A DNA stretch of 63,077 nucleotides, counting the filler, from Octopus bimaculoides (taxonomy: Eukaryota), in the NCBI RefSeq assembly GCF_001194135.2. It is 8 parts of 8 records of this genome, joined end to end, with 100 filler letters (N's around TTAATTAATTAA, not from the genome) between each part and the next. Parts side by side here need not be neighbours in the genome. Positions count along the whole stretch, not along the records: positions 39,060 to 60,765 come from NC_068981.1; positions 60,866 to 63,077 come from NC_068995.1; 6 more parts are not named here. The stretch is one strand, 5' to 3'. The notes under the pieces are model-generated. The model searched no databases. It was not told where the DNA came from and worked only from the letters and a program-made list of their open reading frames with translations. Positions within the stretch are counted from its first letter, which is position 1, and each line of letters opens with the position of its first letter. The position numbers were made by a program, and so were the translations under genes. Shown here piece after piece: positions 47,601-61,430 of this stretch.

Positions 47601-47991
47601 GTATATGTTGATACAGAAGTATTGTCCGATATCCAGTATAACTTTTATCTCTTTGATATCGATAGTTACGTAATATCCAAAGATTTGACAATGAAATGTG
47701 CTTAAAATTGAAAAACATAAAATGGGATGATCAAATAATTAATGAGCAATCTCTCCTGATGTGTAGTTTCGATATATATTCTCTGGTCCTACTACGTATA
47801 ATGACTGATCTAATGAAGCACTCTACAGTATGACTTCACGCAGTTTTCTCATTGGATGTATATATATACATGTGTGTACATGTACGTATATGTGTATATA
47901 TACTCTTATTTCTCTCCGTAGTAACGCAAAATATTAATTCAACAACAAATCTGGTTGCCCCTTTAATAACGATGTTACTACCCTGTATATG

Positions 47992-48032
<41 letters not shown>

Positions 48033-48968
48033 TAGCTATTTCTTTTTTATTGTTACGCACTATTCTGTGTATTTGTTAATATCGTTGTGATTAATGACTC
48101 ATTTAATACGTCATCTCCAGTTATGTGATCTCCTGATCTCCACGTACCAAACACGACACAGCAGCACATCATTATACATACATACTCACACACCAGTCCC
48201 ATTTGTACACACAGCAGAACGTACACACACACATACCGGAGTTATACATATCATATACACTCACAGGAGATTTACACATACACACGGCCATCCATTCAGA
48301 TATGCACACACCCATACGTACACACTCAAGTATTGAGCATACGCATATTCGCACGTAGCAGACGTATTCATACGTACGTATACACAAGCATACAGTAACA
48401 CCACACACGCACACATACACACACAGCAGATAGTAGCTCGCACACTCAACCACATTTACATAATACCCACTCACATGCTGCAGATACACACAGCTACACA
48501 CATCAGCAAGCACCCACGAGCTCATGCGATCAAGCCACACAGACATGCACAAATGAACATGGCAGTTACACACTCACAAATACTAGTTGCACACACACAC
48601 ACACACCTATTCGGCCAAGAGAATTGGTGTCGCTGACAATTCACATTCCATATTTCAGTCAAGGAAATCTGGTCAAACGAACGGGCCTAGATTTATCAAT
48701 TGGGACAAGTGTATGTGTGAATATGTGTGTGTGTGTGCTTGTCCGCCACCACTTGACGATCGATCTTGGTGAGTTTACCTAAATATATATATATATNNNN
48801 NNNNNNNNNNNNNNNNNNNNNNNNNNNNNNNNNNNNNNNNNNNNNNNNNNNNNNNNNNNNNNNNNNNNNNNNNNNNNNNNNNNNNNNNNNNNNNNNNNNN
48901 NNNNNNNNNNNNNNNNNNNNNNNNNNNNNNNNNNNNNNNNNNNNNNNNNNNATATGTGTGTGTGTGTG

Positions 48969-49006
<38 letters not shown>

Positions 49007-49775
49007 TTACTAATTGTCGTGAGTTCTGTATACTGAAAGACAACATATATTTGTTAGAAGGTTTCTTATGCATATGTAATCGATACGCTGCGCTCTACTC
49101 ACATTTTGTGCAAGACTTTTTTTTTTATATATATATCTCTTGCAAATTTCACCATAATTAATTTTACATTTACAATTGAAATTCTATATTGTTTCAGCTG
49201 AAATATTTCCCAAGAACAAAGTCAATCTTCAATAAACATATATTTTAGAAATAATATAAACCCCTAATGCATTTTTGTTAAATTGTCTCCGGGAAAGATA
49301 TTAGATACGAATTTCAATAATTAGATATGATCAGGTTTTGATAGTTTATATGAGATAATAGAGAAAACGGATAAATTGATGAAATAATTAATATTCCTAA
49401 AAGATGTATGTATGTGTGTATGTTCGTGTGCGTGTATGTATACGTGTGTGCGTCTGCATATTTTACAATCAAAGAGCATATTACTTTTAAAATTTACTCA
49501 TTGAAAAATAATTGCTTTAGATATGTATCGGATGAAATGGATGTTCATTATGTTGATCATATATATACATTTACATATTTCCTTCATGACACAGACACGC
49601 GGAGAAATCCTCAAGGACGGAAACATGCATATACATTTGATAACTCATATTATATATATATATATATACATCTGTGTGTGCGTGTGTGCTTATGTATGTG
49701 CGCGTATATGTCTGCGTTTGCGCTCACGTGCGTGTATGCGTATGCCTGTGTTAGTGCATATGTATATATATATAT

Positions 49776-49815
49776 ATTGGGTTGGCAACTAAATTCCCGC
49801 CGTTTTTTTAGAGTT
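49776..49815 (+). mobile_element. Possible Tc1/mariner terminal inverted repeat remnant
   Basis: TATTGGGTTGGCAACTAA following (TA)n resembles mariner TIR starts; no partner TIR found. Confidence 0.35.
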
Positions 49816-50422
49816 TAATTCGCAACCATATATACAATGTTCGATACACGTGAGCGATATTTCAGTAAATGTCAGTTTGGTTAGATCAGGTTCATACATG
49901 CACAGTGAGCCAAAATAGTTGGAAGTACAGAAGTCCATTGAGTGTGTGCCACCATGAAACAAGTTACACAAGACAGTTAATGCAATTGATTGTACAAATG
50001 AATATTCATGGTCGAAATGCACCTACATCCATACACACACATTTACTCGCGCACACATATAATCGTATAGTGTATATATATATATGTATGTGTATGTGTG
50101 TGTGTATGTTTGTGTGTATGTTTGTNNNNNNNNNNNNNNNNNNNNNNNNNNNNNNNNNNNNNNNNNNNNNNNNNNNNNNNNNNNNNNNNNNNNNNNNNNN
50201 NNNNNNNNNNNNNNNNNNNNNNNNNNNNNNNNNNNNNNNNNNNNNNNNNNNNNNNNNNNNNNNNNNNNNNNNNNNNNNNNNNNNNNNNNNNNNNNNNNNN
50301 NNNNNNNNNNNNNNNNNNNNNNNNNNNNNNNNNNNNNNNNNNNNNNNNNNNNNNNNNNNNNNNNNNNNNNNNNNNNNNNNNNNNNNNNNNNNNNNNNNNN
50401 NNNNNNNNNNNNNNNNNNNNNN

Positions 50423-50763
50423 AAAGCCTCGGGCCGACCAAAGCCTTGTGAGTGGATTTGGCAGACGGAAACTGAAAGAAGCCCGTCGTATATATGTATA
50501 TATATATATGTATGTGTATGTGTGTGTGTATGTTTGTGTGTATGTTTGTGTGTCTGTGTTTGTCTCCCAAACATCACTTGACAACTGATGCTGGTGTGTT
50601 TACGTCCCCGTAACTTAGCGGTTCGGCAAAAGAGTGACCGATAGAATAAGTACTAGGCTTACAAAGAATACGTCCTGGGGTCGATTTGATCGACTAAAGG
50701 CGGTGCTCCATCATGGCCGCAGTCAAATGACTGAAACAAGTAAAAGAGTAAAAGTGTAAAAGA

Positions 50764-50765
<2 letters not shown>
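50423..50765 (+). mobile_element. SINE family BC, collinear copy with an internal TA/TG microsatellite; 5' end in gap
   Basis: GCCTCGGGCCGACCAAAGCCTTGTGAGTGGATTTGG...AAGCCCGTCGTA, microsatellite, CTTGACAACTGATGCTGGTGTGTTTACGTCCCCG...GAAACAAGTAAAAGAGTA. Confidence 0.9.
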
Positions 50766-50818
<53 letters not shown>

Positions 50819-51195
50819 AATGTATATGTAAATGAGCAATTATGTGTATGTGCATATGTACGAACCAAGACCAACACACATATATTATACTTTGTACCAA
50901 TAATTTTGCAAAGGACTAGATGTGCAAAGATATTTTACAATCCAAGATAATGTGTCTTTCTAGATCTATAAAAATGATGATTGCTGGCACTCTTATGAGG
51001 AATACATGTGTGTGTATATATACGTAACTATGTCTATGTCTATATTTCATTAAAATATCAATCGATCTCACATTTATACATAATTACAAATATAGTTGTG
51101 TGTGTATATATGTGTATGTATGTGTAAATGTATATAAACGTTTATATATATAAACACACACACACACACACACATACACACACACATACACACAC

Positions 51196-51289
<94 letters not shown>

Positions 51290-52999
51290 TTATAAATATA
51301 CAGGGATTAGCAATTGAGTTGCTTCTCCAACATACTGAAAATTCTATTATTAATTGACGATTCTCTGCCCTTATTCTTGTATATTTTATATATATATATA
51401 TATATATATTACAGTAAGAACTTAGTAACCTGTCAGTTTTCAAATCGAATAATCTTTGAAATATTATAAAAGCTTACTGAAATTCTTATTATTCCCCGAG
51501 GTAAGTAATGGATATCAATTCAAAATATTATTTTATATGGCAAGGGATTCAGGATTGTATATAAGCTCAGTAAGAAGGTAGATAAATTAATGATTTTAAT
51601 TAGTCATTATAGATATATGTTTTAAGGGTATATTTTTTCCATATACTTATTTTAAATATCTTAAATAATAGTTCTTAGATTTATATGAGATAAGTTCATA
51701 TTATTTATTCATTGTATTTTTAGATCTCTGTAATTTCAAAATTTTATACGTACATATAAACACATAGATTAACACAAAAACATACAGCTAATCTGCCAAA
51801 AGAATAGCCATTATATATATAAAATTCCATTTTACAATGAAATTCCAGCTATGTATCTTTCGTCGTACTGTAAATTTGTTTTTCCATTGTAATTGTGTAT
51901 TTTTGTATCAGACAAGGAAATATATTCATGGATGTTTTGAGTTGGAAGAAATAAAGCTTTATAGAGAAAGTACAATAATGAGGGGAGAGACATTTAAAGG
52001 AGGGAGAACAAAGAAATTTGCCACCAACAACAGAAGACAAAAGAAAAAAAGTAAAGGAAAAGTATTCTAACTCATGTAATTCTTAGAGACATCCTGGGTC
52101 AGATTTCTTATGCGTTAATGTTTCTTCTCTTTCTTTTGTTTTCTTATCTGCCGTGTTTAATTATTTATATACACACAAACACATACACACATAGGCACAT
52201 TTTTTTTTCTGGCGACGGGGCGCCATGCTCTAGCGGGTTATAATGTTCAGCTCACGATCGTAGAGTTTTGGGTTTGTTTCCCGGTCAAATAAACGCTTTG
52301 TGCCGTTAAACTATGAACAACATTTAATTGTGTATTGCTATGTCATTTGAAGTGTAAAACCGTAACATGTCTTATTCCTTTCGATTTTACAAAAGGTGTA
52401 GTGGACTGAAATCTTCTGGAGCCATAGCTTACTTTGCTCCATAGTATTTTCATGGCATGTATGCTATACAAGGCTATATACACCCTTATTCACACATCTA
52501 GCTGCAGTTTCGACGCCACAGAAGAAGCGGTTATTGCTATTTTAGCGCACATTATAACTACTATATTTATACGACTATAGTTAACTATAGTAGTTATATA
52601 ACTACTATAGTTATACAAAGCTTGGGGAATAATTCAAGAGTTGCTGACAAGAAACCATCAAACCAACGACAAAACAAAACAAAAAATATCTAAAATTTAA
52701 ACCATCCAGAAAATAATAAACTTTTTCGGCATCATCAGCGCAATATGCCACGGTTGTAGATGGGTTCGAGAACAGACATTATCAGGAAGGATAAATGACA
52801 AAATTTACCTCGGCAATCCCACATTGAACGATTCAGAGGATCCACTGCTAAAGTATTCTAAACTAGGCACACACCTTTAATTTTAGAGAAGATTTTTAGA
52901 AGTGGAAAAATATATTGTAGTGGTAAGAACGAGAAATCGATATCAGTATTGTGCATTGTATGTGTAAAGTGAGTTGTGTTTTTCTATTGGGTATCTGAC

Positions 53000-55000
53000 C
53001 TGTAGAGTACATGTTGTAGCGATGATTCATTTTATTTGATATTTGCTGTGATTTGATAATTTCTCCTCTTCCCTTTGACCAATATTTTCGTCAGAACGGA
53101 CTGCAATGTCTCGTAGTAAGCAGATATTTTTTTCCCAATTTGTGACTATTAAGTCTGGGTGATTAGCTTTGATTTCTTCGTCAGTTTCAACAGGCATATA
53201 ACAAGTGACTGTGACATGGTCATTGTCATGCACCTTTTTTTGGCACATGTTTATAGCGTTTCCTGGTAGATTTTATGTTGCAGTGTTGGCATATTGTCCA
53301 GTGGATATATCTACTTACTCGGGCATGTCTACATATATTCAGATATGGCTACGATTGAACAGCCAGGCACAGCACTCAACTGTTTCATTGTGCCCGTTGT
53401 ACATTCGACATTTAGAGTTTGGGCCTGTGTACATAAATTTGCTTTTATAGTTGTTTGTGGTCAGACATTGGTCTTGTGCAGCGAGAATCAATGCTTCCGT
53501 TTCTGCTTTTAATCGAGAGCTTTTGAGCCATGGTTGGCTTTAGCTTGAGCTCATTTCTCTGTCAGACCGTGCAGGGTATAGGCCATAGACTGATTTTTCA
53601 CTCCATATAATGTTTAGTATGATTTGTGGATTTCTTTGTAATGTTACTTTTGTCTTTATGAACATTTCTATTGTGTTGTCATCTAAGAACAGGCTTTCAG
53701 TGTAGTTCATTACTTATTTGAAATTGTTCGCCTCCATGTCCATGCAGAAAAGCTTTTTCTGTTTCTTTTTTCTTGTGTTGCTTTATAACATACAGTCGCT
53801 AAATTTTTATTTCTTTGTATTTTTCTAGTCCAGCTATTGTTATTTATTGTAGTTTTCTATCGGTGTCAGTCTGCCAGCCACTTCTGAGTTGGGTAGATAA
53901 ATTTTGTCTATGTCTGCGTTGGGATGGTGATTTCGGCATGTTGTGATTAGTTTCCTGATTTTTCTATCTTTCTCAATTCACTAAACGTGAAGTTTATAAT
54001 GTAGAAGCTGTTATTTGTGATTGGCATGGCTAGCGCACTTATACTCATTGTCATATTTTTAGCAGAGTTTGGTTTATAATATTAGTCTAACTCTTCTGTT
54101 AGTCTAATATTTTCTCTTTCATTTCTGCGTGTTCTATTTTAGATATTTCATCTATTCCTACATATTGTGGAGGTGCAATGGCACAGTGGTTAGGGCAGCG
54201 GACTCGCGTTCATAGGATCGCGATTTCGATTCCCAGACCAGGCGTTGAGCGAAAACACCTAAAGCTCCACAAGAATCCGGCAGAGTGTGGTGTTGAACCA
54301 TGCTGTACTCCTTCACCACAAACCTCCTCTCACACTTTCTTCCTGTTTCTGTTCTACCTGTATGTCAAAGGAGCCAGCCTTGTCACACCCTGTATCACGC
54401 TGAATCTCCCCGACAACTACGTTAAGGGTACACGTGTCTGTGGAATGTTCAGCCACTTGCGCGATATTTTCACGAGAAGGCTGTTCCGTTGATCAGATCA
54501 ACTGGAACCCTAGTCGTCGTAACCGACGGAGTACCAAGTACATATATGTAATTGTAGTGTAATTCTCTAATTTCTGCTTCCAATGCTAATTAATCTGCAT
54601 CTTAGCAATGTCATTTTGGTATATTCCTCCAATTGTATATTCTGAAATTACCAACAATTATTAGGACTTTCTTTTCAGTGATATTTTTATTGAACATTCT
54701 AAGTCATTCATATACAGAAGGCGATCTATAATTTGTCCATAGTATTTGTATCCTATACTGGTTTCACTTAAGCTTGTTAGTGGGACCAGCGCAAGGGAAA
54801 AAAGCAGTGAGAGACAATGTAACTCCTTGGAAAATTTCTCTTTCTATAGGGCAGGTGTGTGATTCATTTTTCAGTGTTGTACTTGTTGGAAAATTATACT
54901 TCTTATGGTTGTAGGTAGGTGTATTATATTTTTTTAAGTCCTAGACTATAAAATACTAAACTAAGATCTGGTCGTTGATATGGGCAACAGGTTTATTTTC
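53000..55000 (-). mobile_element. Heavily decayed R4/Dong-type LINE (RT to endonuclease), interrupted by a SINE
   Basis: Minus-strand fragments in domain order: FQGVTLSL (about 54830), RLLYMNDL (about 54700), HPNADIDKIYLP (about 53910), KAETEALILAAQDQCL (about 53490), KCRM (about 53410), IKANHPDLIV (about 53150). Confidence 0.8.
54168..54536 (+). mobile_element. Full-length tRNA-headed SINE (head 1 + tail 1) inserted in the LINE
   Basis: TGGCACAGTGGTTAGGGCAGCGGACTC A-box and GATTTCGATTCCC B-box; tail GTCGTCGTAACCGACGGAGT; TACATAT at 54159-54165 and 54539-54545 is a possible TSD. Confidence 0.9.
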
Positions 55001-55399
55001 CTTTGCTGGTATCTTTAATAAACGCGATGGAAGAGTCGGTGATTGTGTCACCTTACCAATTCGAGATGAAATATTAAACAGTTTATACCACATTGCCCCT
55101 AATGAGAGTGGATCTTCAAGAAAAGCACCTCGTGCGACAAATGTCGTACTTTAGAGCAACACAGATACGGTCGTTACACCTGCACTTGCTAAAATACACT
55201 TGCTACAAACATGCTAAAATAAGAAACAAAATTATGCCTTAAGTATAGCTACAGAAAGAGTGACAGAATGAAGACTTTTAGATCAACATATATCACATCA
55301 TGAGAAAACAATATCTATCTTATATGGAACTAGATTAAAATGTCAGCAAACTGAAAGATGGTCATTATGCTTACATGTAAGTGGAAGTTTAACAAGGAA

Positions 55400-56900
55400 T
55401 ATAGAAAAATAAATGAATCAGCAGGAGAAATGTAGTAACAGTAACAATGATAATCAGGTTTACTTCATGAAGGGAATTGATATAAGAGAGGAGAAAAGGA
55501 ACTCACTTCAACTTTAACAGGAATCGAAACTGAGAAACTATCAAATGCAATAAGTAAAGAGAGAGTAGGATCTATTAGCAAAAGTGAAGGATAAGTATAT
55601 TACACGTGCAACTAATCTCATGCAGCGTGCATTCTCGGTTTCTGTGGTTCCTGTAAAATATACTGAGGCCGTATGTCGAACAGAAAAAGTTGCAGAGACC
55701 CGTAGTTGAAAAAGAAACTCGAAGACTGTGATGAATAGCGTCAAATAGTTCTTTCAAATAGAAATGCTCTACGTAAGAAGGTAGAAGTGACAAAAATGCA
55801 GGAAAAACATGATAACGACTCACAAAGATATAACGTCAGACATAGAATATCAGAGACACTGAACTAAAGATGAAAAAGAAATTAATGTGAATATTAGTAA
55901 AACATCTGCATACTCACAAATAATAAATCAATATTAAGATGAAATAATAAATCAATATTAAGAAGAAATTTCAACAAGCGCTTAAGAATGAGGATGTATA
56001 TCCGGAGAATGATATACTACATGCATAAGTTTCAAATAATTATAATTATAGCTCATATGTGGGACCAGAAAATTCAACACAAGACAATAAAGATTCGTTA
56101 AAGCAATTTAAAAAGTAAATAGGGCAACACAAGAGAAGATAAGTATTAGAAAAGCGCCATTTAAGAAATATTTAGAAATATAGAGAGAGATGTTTCAGAA
56201 GGATTTGCTCTTTCACTACTTATAGTGTTTGCATTGATTCCTTTGACAAGCTTGCTGAGAAAATCTAAGACTGCATATGAGCTTTCTAAGAACGGATAGA
56301 TGACAGTAAAAAACCTGAAACGCATTAAACTTTTGTTCAGATAGTAACATTATTTAGCAAGAATATCGCTGTGTAGTGTGGGGTCAATAGGCGTGAGATA
56401 CTATTAAGATAGTTAGAAGCATAACATCTTATGGAAGAAAAATATATATTAGGAGCCAACTAAGAGAGATTGAATGATGTAGGATCTTAGATTTGTTGCA
56501 CAGAATAATCTTACGATGTAAAATGAGAAAGTCCCCAAAGAATATGAGGAGGTTAAGAAGATGCGTGAAACAAAACTAACAAAAGACAACTGATATATTG
56601 ACCAGCCAGTGCTGAGTTACTGTGATCCTTTTTAAGGTGGTCAGTCACAGAAATGCAGGAATTAGAGAGAAATAGGAAGGAAATGCAGGAATTAGAGAGA
56701 AATAGGAAGGAAATGCAGGAATTAGAGAGAAATAGGAAGTAATTCATAATTCAGAAAATTCACTGTGTTCAGAGTAACATCAACAGGCTCTGTTTACCAA
56801 GGAACTCATAAGCCAGTGTTTCCTTACGTGGAAAATACACCATGAATGCTGCAAGTTTGAATTCGAGCAGCTATGTCATGCATAACAATGCGGTTTAAAA
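55400..56900 (+). mobile_element. Heavily decayed R4/Dong-type LINE RT fragment (boundaries approximate)
   Basis: REMFQKDLLFSLL / FALIPLTSLLRKSKTAYE (about 56190-56290) is a decayed GIFQGDSLSP...LIPL motif. PVLSY...W...EMQELERNRK at about 56600-56680. Confidence 0.65.
56650..56739. repeat. Three perfect copies of a 30-bp unit GAAATGCAGGAATTAGAGAGAAATAGGAAG
   Basis: Direct reading: 56650-56679, 56680-56709, 56710-56739. Confidence 0.95.
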
Positions 56901-57650
56901 TATCGGAAAATTCATTGACAGTGAGATATTTCAAGAGTGGAAAGGAAACCGAATGGGGAAATAACTGAGGAGGCATTGGTCATTATGGCCAATTCAAGCA
57001 ATAAACTTGAATAAAGAATGATGGTTTGACTGAGAGATGAAAACATGAAATTTAACATGGAATCACTGTTTATAGCGACTCGAGAATTTGTCATTAAAAT
57101 TCATTTTATGAACATAAATATTGATTAAAGTTAAGAGGGCAAATGCAGAATGTGGGGGGGGGGAAGAACTAAAATTTAGCTATAATCAAATTGAGTTCAA
57201 TAATCTACTACTAAAAAAGTATAAATATTTAATTGTATTGATACAAATATGATCTGCGTTATTAGTCAATTCGATGTATTTGTGAAGTAAAAATGTGTTA
57301 CAAAAATGAGACAGGTTCACGTGTTAAATGATAATCACAAGGTAGAAACAAAGAGACTATATGTCATCTTGAAAGCAGAAAGAACAAACTCAATATGATC
57401 ATTAACTTTTCACTCTCATATACAAGAGGGAATGTTAACCTAACGAGAAAATTGTAAAACATGAAAACGTAACCGAAGAGCTGAAAAGCATATAATGCTG
57501 AAAGCATAATCTTCACATATACTCCAGTTATTCTCTTTGGGTTTTATGAATCAATTCTCTGTATGGAAGCCAGTACTTGTGTGCGTATTTGTGATTGGAT
57601 TTAATCTATTTAAATATAGATATATACATAGATTAATAAATAAGTAGATA

Positions 57651-57686
<36 letters not shown>

Positions 57687-59428
57687 TAGATAGATAGATA
57701 GATAGATATGCACACATGCAGTTATAACAGTATAATCGTTCAAAATAAAGATATTGTACTAGTATTTATGAATGGTGAATGAGAAAAATTCCAAAACACT
57801 TTGAGTTTAATTTATTCCATGTTTATTGCAAAGTTTTATCAACTCTCTGTGGACTTTATATAGCAATGAGATTTAAGTATGGAATCATTATATGCACAAC
57901 TCCCATATGGGCCTACAGGTGTATTCGAACTTATGAATTATATGTGAATACATCAATATATTAAAAAACATCGTAGACTTACACGTTTTCCATTCTGCCT
58001 TTTTTCATTTCTTCTTCTACATTCGCTAATATTAATCATTCATTATTTATTAATCATTCACTCCTAAAATCCATTAAAGATAACCTTTGCCCAATTTTTC
58101 GTCTGTAGGAATGATATTTGCTTTGGCACATACATTGTTGATTTGACTTTTTGCTATTTGGAAGGATACAGGAATTTTATGGTTATAGCTTGGTAAATTA
58201 TGCCATCACTAAAATATATATTTTAAATACCAAATGAACTCTCCATGGGGACACTATAGCTGTATTAAAAATCGAATCTTACTGATGACTTTTTGATAAC
58301 ATCACTATAAAATTTCGAAATAATATTTATCTATTACAATCGGAATTCTACTCTCTAAATGTTATGAAGCATTTACACACACACAAAATATAGCCTATAA
58401 TTCAAATCTATTCTGCTCTTTTCGCCTTATCAAATCATTACGTGTCTCCGTGTGTTTGTGTGTGTCTTTTCCTATCGTAGCAAAACTAAACACCGTATAT
58501 GTTTATAAAACTGATAACAGTTGTACATTCAAATGACTACATCAATTCCCAACTCATTTCATGGCATATTTTATTACTATAAAACAAAAGTCAGTATATT
58601 TTATACCGTAGCTAGTGATCAAATTGTTTGAATTAATATTAAAATTAATATTACAGTTTCGACACAAGTATACGTGCCGAATACATAAAAAAAGAAATTA
58701 TTGAATTTGCACTTATTTTACGATTCGTAAACTCGTCTCCACATGCCGCCTTTCCGCTTCTCTCCACACATCTTTCTTTACCTAATGTGTTTTATATCCT
58801 ATTGTTCGTAGCTCCCACCAATAGAAGCCTCCCCATTTTGAAGATTTTACCACATTCTTGAAGCTGTCTAATATATGAATCTTTTCCTTCTATTATGATC
58901 TCCAAAAATATATCTACAGATATTTTTGAAACTACTTTCCACCTGTGAACAGTTTTATACGATTTAAGCAATTGAAATCTATGTTTTATAGATAATTGAA
59001 TTTTACTTAGAAGTACGGATCACTTCATCATATGATAAATTATATATATATGTGTGCAGGCAAGTATCTTGGCGTTTACATGTCTGCTTTCATGATATAT
59101 CTGTACGTTTATTATACGAGCAACATCACAATGTTCTCAATGGAGGTGAAAAGAAAAATTACTGATTGTAGTGTTTTGAAATTTTTTGATAATAGCGAAG
59201 AGTAAAAAAAAAAAAAAAAACATGAAAGAATTATATCAGCACTACTATACATACGTATATATGTGGTTATATATGCGCGTGTGTATATGGACATGTGTTT
59301 ACGAGTGTGTGTGTGTGTGTGTGCGTGTGTATATAAGGCAATGTCTTTGAGTGTTTGTGTGCGTATTTATATGTATGTATGTATATATATACACGGGTGC
59401 ACGCACAAACACTCACATGCATGGGCGC

Positions 59429-59527
<99 letters not shown>

Positions 59528-60506
59528 GTGTACTGAGAGAGAGGGGGAAGAAAGAGAGAAATAGTGCTGAGTGAGGTTGATAGGGATTGATAGATAGATA
59601 GATGGGTTTCAATAATAACTAGCGAACGTGTTTATGCTCGTTAGTATATTTTATTTTTTGTGTATACATTATATATACCCTTTAACCTGGGAATGTTTCA
59701 ATAAATAAACATGTATAGAATTGGTTCAGAAAGAATAATTAGATGTCAATCCGGATGGTTTTTTTTTAAAACATCAATCACGATATATAGCAAATTCCAA
59801 AATATGTGAATAAAAGTTGTTATCAATATTGCAATATATGACCTAGCTATCGACATACTCCAGTCAGTCCTATATTTAATTACATTACATTATCTATACA
59901 CTTTTTAATTGTTGTGCGGCTGCTTTATTAATCTTTTCATTATTCAAAGCAAACATATTTGTATGCTACAGAAAATTCTATTCGATAATCAAATATTTGA
60001 TAAAAAAAGAATATTACGAAGTTAATGTCAAATCTTTTGTCATGAAAATATCTTTAATTTATAATCAATAACGTTTCAGAATCTAGCAAACGATGAGAAG
60101 TAATTGAAAAAATGAATTAAGATAATTAGTTAGAAATATAATTAGAAGAATAACAACTAAAACAGAACAATGAGTTTAGGTCGAATTGACACTTTAGAAC
60201 ATGTTATTGTATACATCTGCAGGTTTACTTTCTTTCGCATTTTATATGTATTCCTTGTTGAAGATTAATTTGTTTGGGGAATATGCAGTCTCTCCCGTTC
60301 ACGTATTGCGTTAAAATTTCATTGAATGACGAGGTACATTAAAACCGATATTGTCTATTAAGTATGGAAATATATGCATAGACACCACTTATGAATAAGT
60401 ATTGCACACCCATGCTCACATACAGACACACATGCACAATCATACATATGCTCACAGCCACACACAGAAACACACATATATACACATATATATATATATA
60501 TATATT

Positions 60507-60538
<32 letters not shown>

Positions 60539-60570
60539 TACATACACATATATATATATATGTTTATATA

Positions 60571-60747
60571 AAAATAACCACCAAGGATATACAGAGGTAA
60601 CGCAGTACGGTCGTTTCATGCAACTCCATTTAATTGAACATATCCTCTGCATTTTTAAATTGATGTAATGATTACATTGTTCAATTAAATGGAGTTGCAT
60701 GAAACGACCGTACTGCGTTACCTCTGGATATCCTTGTTGCTTATTTT
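60571..60747. repeat. 70-bp inverted repeat (60571-60640 / 60678-60747), 3 mismatches, 37-nt loop; fold-back/MITE-like
   Basis: AAAATAACCACCAAGGATATACAGAGGTAACGCAGTACGGTCGTTTCATGCAACTCCATTTAATTGAACA and its near reverse complement. Confidence 0.92.
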
Positions 60748-60865
60748 GATTTTAATCACCTTACTNNNNNNNNNNNNNNNNNNNNNNNNNNNNNNNNNNN
60801 NNNNNNNNNTTAATTAATTAANNNNNNNNNNNNNNNNNNNNNNNNNNNNNNNNNNNNNNNNNNNN

Positions 60866-60897
<32 letters not shown>

Positions 60898-60924
60898 TAG
60901 TATGTATGTGTGTAAAGTGATCAA

Positions 60925-61228
60925 TGGAGGCGCAATGGCCCAGTGGTTAGGGCAGCGGACTCGTGGACATAGGATCGCGGTTTTGATTCCCAGACCGGGC
61001 GTTGTGAGTGTTTATTGAGCGAAAACACCTAAAGCTCCACGAGGCTCCGGCAGGGTGTGGTAGCGACCCCTGTTGTACTCTCTCGCCCTAACTTTCTCTC
61101 ACTCTTTCTTCCTGTTTCTTGAGTAACGCTGCGATGGACTGGCGTCCCGTCAATCTGGGGGGAACACATACGCCATAGAAACCGGGCCCATGAGCCTGGC
61201 TAGGCTTTAAAAGGGCGCATAAAAAAAA
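60925..61228 (+). mobile_element. Full-length tRNA-headed SINE (head 1 + tail 2)
   Basis: Head nearly identical to 54168-54350; different tail (GATGGACTGGCGTCCCGTC...ACGCCATAGAAACCGGG...GGGCGCATAAAAAAAA). Confidence 0.9.
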
Positions 61229-61430
61229 TATATATACATATATACATACTGTGATAGACTCGTTATTCTTCACTTTGTAAATTATAAATATATATATTAT
61301 AATGGAATAATTATTATGAAGCATTGTGTAGAATATATTGTATAAAAGATCGTGGGTAAGGCCATAACAATGCAAAATAAATGCAAGGTAAATCGCAAGA
61401 AAACAAATATTTGAATTAATGTAAACTCAC

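Noticed and set aside
54168-54245. tRNA genes at SINE heads (also 36303, 37071, 52215, 60925)
   Set aside because: A and B boxes are present, but the sequences continue into shared SINE bodies and no complete cloverleaf with an acceptor stem is evident.
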